Part shown: piece after piece, positions 61,359-64,000 of the stretch
How positions within the stretch are numbered: the first letter of the stretch is position 1
Layout: each line of letters starts with the position of its first letter
DNA from: Anaerohalosphaeraceae bacterium
GTDB taxonomy: Bacteria; Planctomycetota; Phycisphaerae; Sedimentisphaerales; UBA12454
Assembly (NCBI GenBank): GCA_021108375.1
Contig: JAIORA010000019.1
Coordinates: 5,660 to 69,659 of the forward strand
Reading direction: 5' to 3'
DNA: 64,000 nt
Notes under the pieces: model-generated
Databases searched by the model: none
The model's input: the letters and a program-made list of their open reading frames with translations, nothing else
Told to the model about the DNA's origin: nothing
Made by a program: the position numbers and the translations under genes

Positions 61359-62651
61359 ATGAAGATACCCTCTGTAAAAGGAACAAGGGATTTTTATCCT
61401 GATGTAATGTCAGTTCGCAATTTTATAATTGACGGCTGGAAAGGGGCTTCTGTGCGCAGTAATTTCGTCGAATATGACGGGCCTATATTCGAATATCTCA
61501 CAATGTATCAGCAGAAGAGCGGCGACGAAATTGCTTCCCAGCTTTTCGCTTTCACCGACCGTGGCGGCAGAGATTTAGCCATCCGCCCCGAAATAACCCC
61601 CACACTTGCCCGTATGGTCAATCAGCGAATAAACGCGTTGCCTAAGCCTATAAAGTGGTTTTCAGTGCCTCGCCTTTGTCGTGCGGAGCGTCCGCAAAAA
61701 GGCAGGCTCAGAGAATTTTTCCAGTGGAATGTCGATATAATTGGTGTTGATGATGTATTGGCTGATGCTGAGACGATATTTTGCGCAGTCGATTACCTGC
61801 GTCAAGTTGGCTTGACCAGTTCGGATGTTGCCGTGCGTATATCCAGCAGAAAAATGCTGGCGGTAATGCTGAAAACTTTGGGTATAGCTGATGAGCAATT
61901 AAACGCGGTTTATGCTGTACTGGACAAAAGGAGCAAAATTCCTGCCGAGGCCTTCGAGAAAATACTTGCTGAAGCAATTGCCGATGAGGTTGTTCGCAGC
62001 AAAGTCGCAGAGCTTATGGCGGTTGAGTCGGTAGAGCAGTTGGATTTGTTTGCGGCCGGCAATCAAAAATGTATTGACGCGTTGGACGAGCTTAAGCAAT
62101 TATTCAGTTGCCTTGAGTCTATGGGTATTGCTGATTATTGTAAGTTTGACATAGGCATTGTTCGCGGGCTTGCTTATTATACCGGCGTAGTTTTTGAGAT
62201 TTACGATACATCCAGCAGTCTCAGGGCAATTTGCGGCGGCGGACGATATGATAATTTACTGGCTGATTTCGGCGGACCGAAAATTTCGGCTACCGGTTTC
62301 GGTATGGGCGATTGTGTTTTGGCGATACTGCTCGAAGAAAAAGGACTGCTGCCGAAAGCCTCCGGCTTAGGGACAGTGGATTGTTACGTTGCGTGTCTTG
62401 ACGAGGAATTAAGGCAGAAAAGCGTGAAAATAGCCGCTAAACTTCGTGCTTCTGGTATTTGCGCTGAGTTCAGTTATAAAAGCGGTAATCTCGGCAAGCA
62501 GCTTAAACAAGCCTCTGCGCTCAATGCCAAAAGCTGTATCATACTGGGGCAGGAATTTAAGCAGGATGGCAAGGTGGTTCTGAAAGATATGGCTGAGGGA
62601 AGCCAACAGATTATTGCCATTGAAGAATTGTTTAAGCAGATGCAGTCTTAG
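61359..62651 (+). CDS. hisS: histidine--tRNA ligase
   Basis: 430 aa with class II motifs (GTRDFYP, LAIRPEITP, FQWNVDIIG, GGGRYDNL) and a C-terminal anticodon-binding domain. Confidence 0.95.
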   Translation: MKIPSVKGTRDFYPDVMSVRNFIIDGWKGASVRSNFVEYDGPIFEYLTMYQQKSGDEIASQLFAFTDRGGRDLAIRPEITPTLARMVNQRINALPKPIKWFSVPRLCRAERPQKGRLREFFQWNVDIIGVDDVLADAETIFCAVDYLRQVGLTSSDVAVRISSRKMLAVMLKTLGIADEQLNAVYAVLDKRSKIPAEAFEKILAEAIADEVVRSKVAELMAVESVEQLDLFAAGNQKCIDALDELKQLFSCLESMGIADYCKFDIGIVRGLAYYTGVVFEIYDTSSSLRAICGGGRYDNLLADFGGPKISATGFGMGDCVLAILLEEKGLLPKASGLGTVDCYVACLDEELRQKSVKIAAKLRASGICAEFSYKSGNLGKQLKQASALNAKSCIILGQEFKQDGKVVLKDMAEGSQQIIAIEELFKQMQS

Positions 62652-62654
62652 CCT

Positions 62655-63167
62655 ATGCGCAGTCCTGCCTCAAATCATTACGCCAGGGCTTTTGCAAGTT
62701 TTCTCAAAGATAACTTTCTAAAATATATTCCGGTTGACCAGCAGAAGAGGGCGGTCTTTGCTCAGAGCAGTATAAAAAGTTTTGACTATATTTTTTATTC
62801 TTTTTCGGGCCAGCCCTGGCTCGCTGAAGTAAAGGGTCGAAAGTTCAAGGGCAAAACCTTTGCTAATCTGGCCAATCTGCAAAATTGGGTTACTGCTGGC
62901 GATATCCAGGGCCTTGGGAAATGGTCCAAAGTTTTCGGGCCGACCCAAAAGGCGGTTATTGTTTTTGTTTATTGTCTTGAAAATATAGATGTTGACCCGG
63001 ACGGTAGGGAGATTTATGAGTTCGGCAACAAGAGGTATATTTTTATAGCAGCGAAATTGGAAGATTATTGTAAATTTATGACACCACGCAGCCGAAAATG
63101 GGATACGGTTAGTATGCCCGCAGAGGCGTTTCGGCAATGTGCGGTTTCGCTTGAAAAATTATTTTGA
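62655..63167 (+). CDS. small hypothetical protein with PD-(D/E)xK-like motif (possibly HYExAFE-type family)
   Basis: 170 aa. The N-terminal NHYARAFASFL and the FDYIFY...WLAEVKGRKF stretch (D ... E-x-K) suggest a restriction-endonuclease-like fold. The family name is from memory only. Confidence 0.35.
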   Translation: MRSPASNHYARAFASFLKDNFLKYIPVDQQKRAVFAQSSIKSFDYIFYSFSGQPWLAEVKGRKFKGKTFANLANLQNWVTAGDIQGLGKWSKVFGPTQKAVIVFVYCLENIDVDPDGREIYEFGNKRYIFIAAKLEDYCKFMTPRSRKWDTVSMPAEAFRQCAVSLEKLF

Positions 63168-63182
63168 TATTGATAATACAAA

Positions 63183-64000
63183 ATGAATTCAGAAATAAAA
63201 AAACTTGCAGAAGAGGTTCTAAGCGGTTCTGACCTTGAAAGAGACAGTATAGACAATTTGGCATCACTCAGCAAGGATTGTCATTATGACTTGCTTTACT
63301 GGGCAAACAGGATTAGAGAAAAGTATTTTGGCAATAAGGTCAGGCTTTGCTCAATAGTTCCCGGCAGGCTCGGCGGATGTAACCAGGACTGCAAGTTCTG
63401 TTCGCAATCGGCCAGCTACAAAACTGCCATTGATAAAACGATTATGCTTAGCGATGAAGAAATTATGCTTGCTGCCGAGAAGGCGTATCGTAGTGGTGTT
63501 CCCAATTTTGGTATTGTTTACAGCGGCAGGACGGTTACTGAAAAGGAACTGTGCAGGCTGGAAAAACTTATTCCTGAAATAAAATCTAAATATAGCCTCG
63601 GAATTTGCGCATCGCTTGGAATAATAAACAATTCGCAGGCAAAGCGTCTGGCCGCCGCTGGCGCAGGCCGTTACAACCATAACCTCGAAACATCCAGAAG
63701 ACATTTCGCAGATGTCGTAACGACCCACGATTATCAGGCTCGCGTCGAAACCATAAAAGTAGCTATGCGTGCGGGGATGGGAGTTTGTGCAGGCGGAATT
63801 TTTGGAATCGGCGAAACCGACGACGACAGAATCGATATGGCTCTTGATTTGAGAGAACTTGGTGTTGATGTTATCCCGATGAATTTTCTTCATCCGATAG
63901 AGGGAACGCCTTTGGAGAATACGCCAAAATTGCCGCCGAAAGAAATTCTCAGAATCATTGCTATGTATCGATTTATACTGCCAAAGGCTCATTTAAAAAT
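63183..64000 (+). CDS. bioB: biotin synthase, N-terminal ~272 codons (continues past the window end)
   Basis: The frame is open from the ATG at 63183 to the window end. It is not in the ORF track because it has no stop. Radical SAM motif CNQDCKFCSQS, then YNHNLETS and the GGIFGIGET pattern. The listed antisense ORF 63351-63992 is its shadow. Confidence 0.9.
   Translation, partial: MNSEIKKLAEEVLSGSDLERDSIDNLASLSKDCHYDLLYWANRIREKYFGNKVRLCSIVPGRLGGCNQDCKFCSQSASYKTAIDKTIMLSDEEIMLAAEKAYRSGVPNFGIVYSGRTVTEKELCRLEKLIPEIKSKYSLGICASLGIINNSQAKRLAAAGAGRYNHNLETSRRHFADVVTTHDYQARVETIKVAMRAGMGVCAGGIFGIGETDDDRIDMALDLRELGVDVIPMNFLHPIEGTPLENTPKLPPKEILRIIAMYRFILPKAHLK

Noticed and set aside
1-64000. Mobile genetic element, prophage, defence island, toxin-antitoxin pair or tRNA/rRNA genes.
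   Set aside because: Reading all ORF translations and intergenic regions, I found no integrase, transposase, recombinase, phage structural, restriction-modification, Cas, reverse-transcriptase or TA-like proteins. I also saw no tRNA-like cloverleaf sequence. Gene content is housekeeping/envelope with conserved operon logic. tRNA absence was judged by eye only and should be confirmed with tRNAscan-SE.

Overview
This is a chromosomal window of about 57 protein-coding genes. I found no rRNA or tRNA genes, no CRISPR array, and no transposase, integrase or phage genes. The gene content suggests an anaerobic, Gram-negative-type bacterium, possibly of the Planctomycetota / PVC group. That guess rests only on the FTLVE-type pilins and the gene families present, and the sequence alone cannot confirm it.

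Gene content, left to right:
- Two tandem PaaK (aryl-CoA ligase) + ACT-domain pairs (1-2464).
- A 10-gene type IV filament (T2SS/T4P hybrid) operon on the minus strand (2548-13179). It includes a 733-aa pseudopilin carrying LamG and other beta-sandwich modules.
- A divergent CheY-like receiver and a PAS histidine kinase.
- DUF485 plus an ActP-type symporter with a large loop insertion.
- A VWA-ExbB-ExbD operon.
- LysM L,D-transpeptidase, 5-formyl-THF cyclo-ligase, RarA and a GAF-GGDEF cyclase.
- A MerR-like / FlgB-like / FlhG / FliA operon.
- dapF, uvrB, nadC and birA.
- DUF502-hpf-ptsN-ptsH-ptsI, then DUF2344-rng, then kdsD-kdsC followed by a 700-aa LptC/LptA-like protein.
- etfB-etfA, a long acyl-CoA dehydrogenase and a HAD hydrolase.
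- A radical-SAM / Ser-Thr kinase / APH-like kinase operon.
- A pilT / membrane-anchored degenerate PilB-GspE-like / CvpA-domain operon.
- ykgJ-like, hisS, a small PD-(D/E)xK-like gene and a partial bioB.

Most unusual signals:
1. A dense modular family of short hairpin repeats (TTAGCC-hairpin, TGTCAT-hairpin, AATCNGYG iterations, and a CTCAAAACTA module) fills almost every intergenic gap between about 15 and 41 kb. Its orientation flips around dapF, and it supplies the stop codons or C-termini of several genes.
2. The pilT operon contains a transmembrane PilB/GspE paralogue with degenerate catalytic motifs.
3. A conserved ~85-nt hairpin leader occurs twice, upstream of the acyl-CoA dehydrogenase and of an untracked 49-codon ORF.
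4. The giant lectin-module pseudopilin.
5. A run of nine helically phased A-tracts lies in the 1.1-kb gap upstream of dapF.

All functional calls come from motif recognition by eye in the supplied translations. No database search was run.
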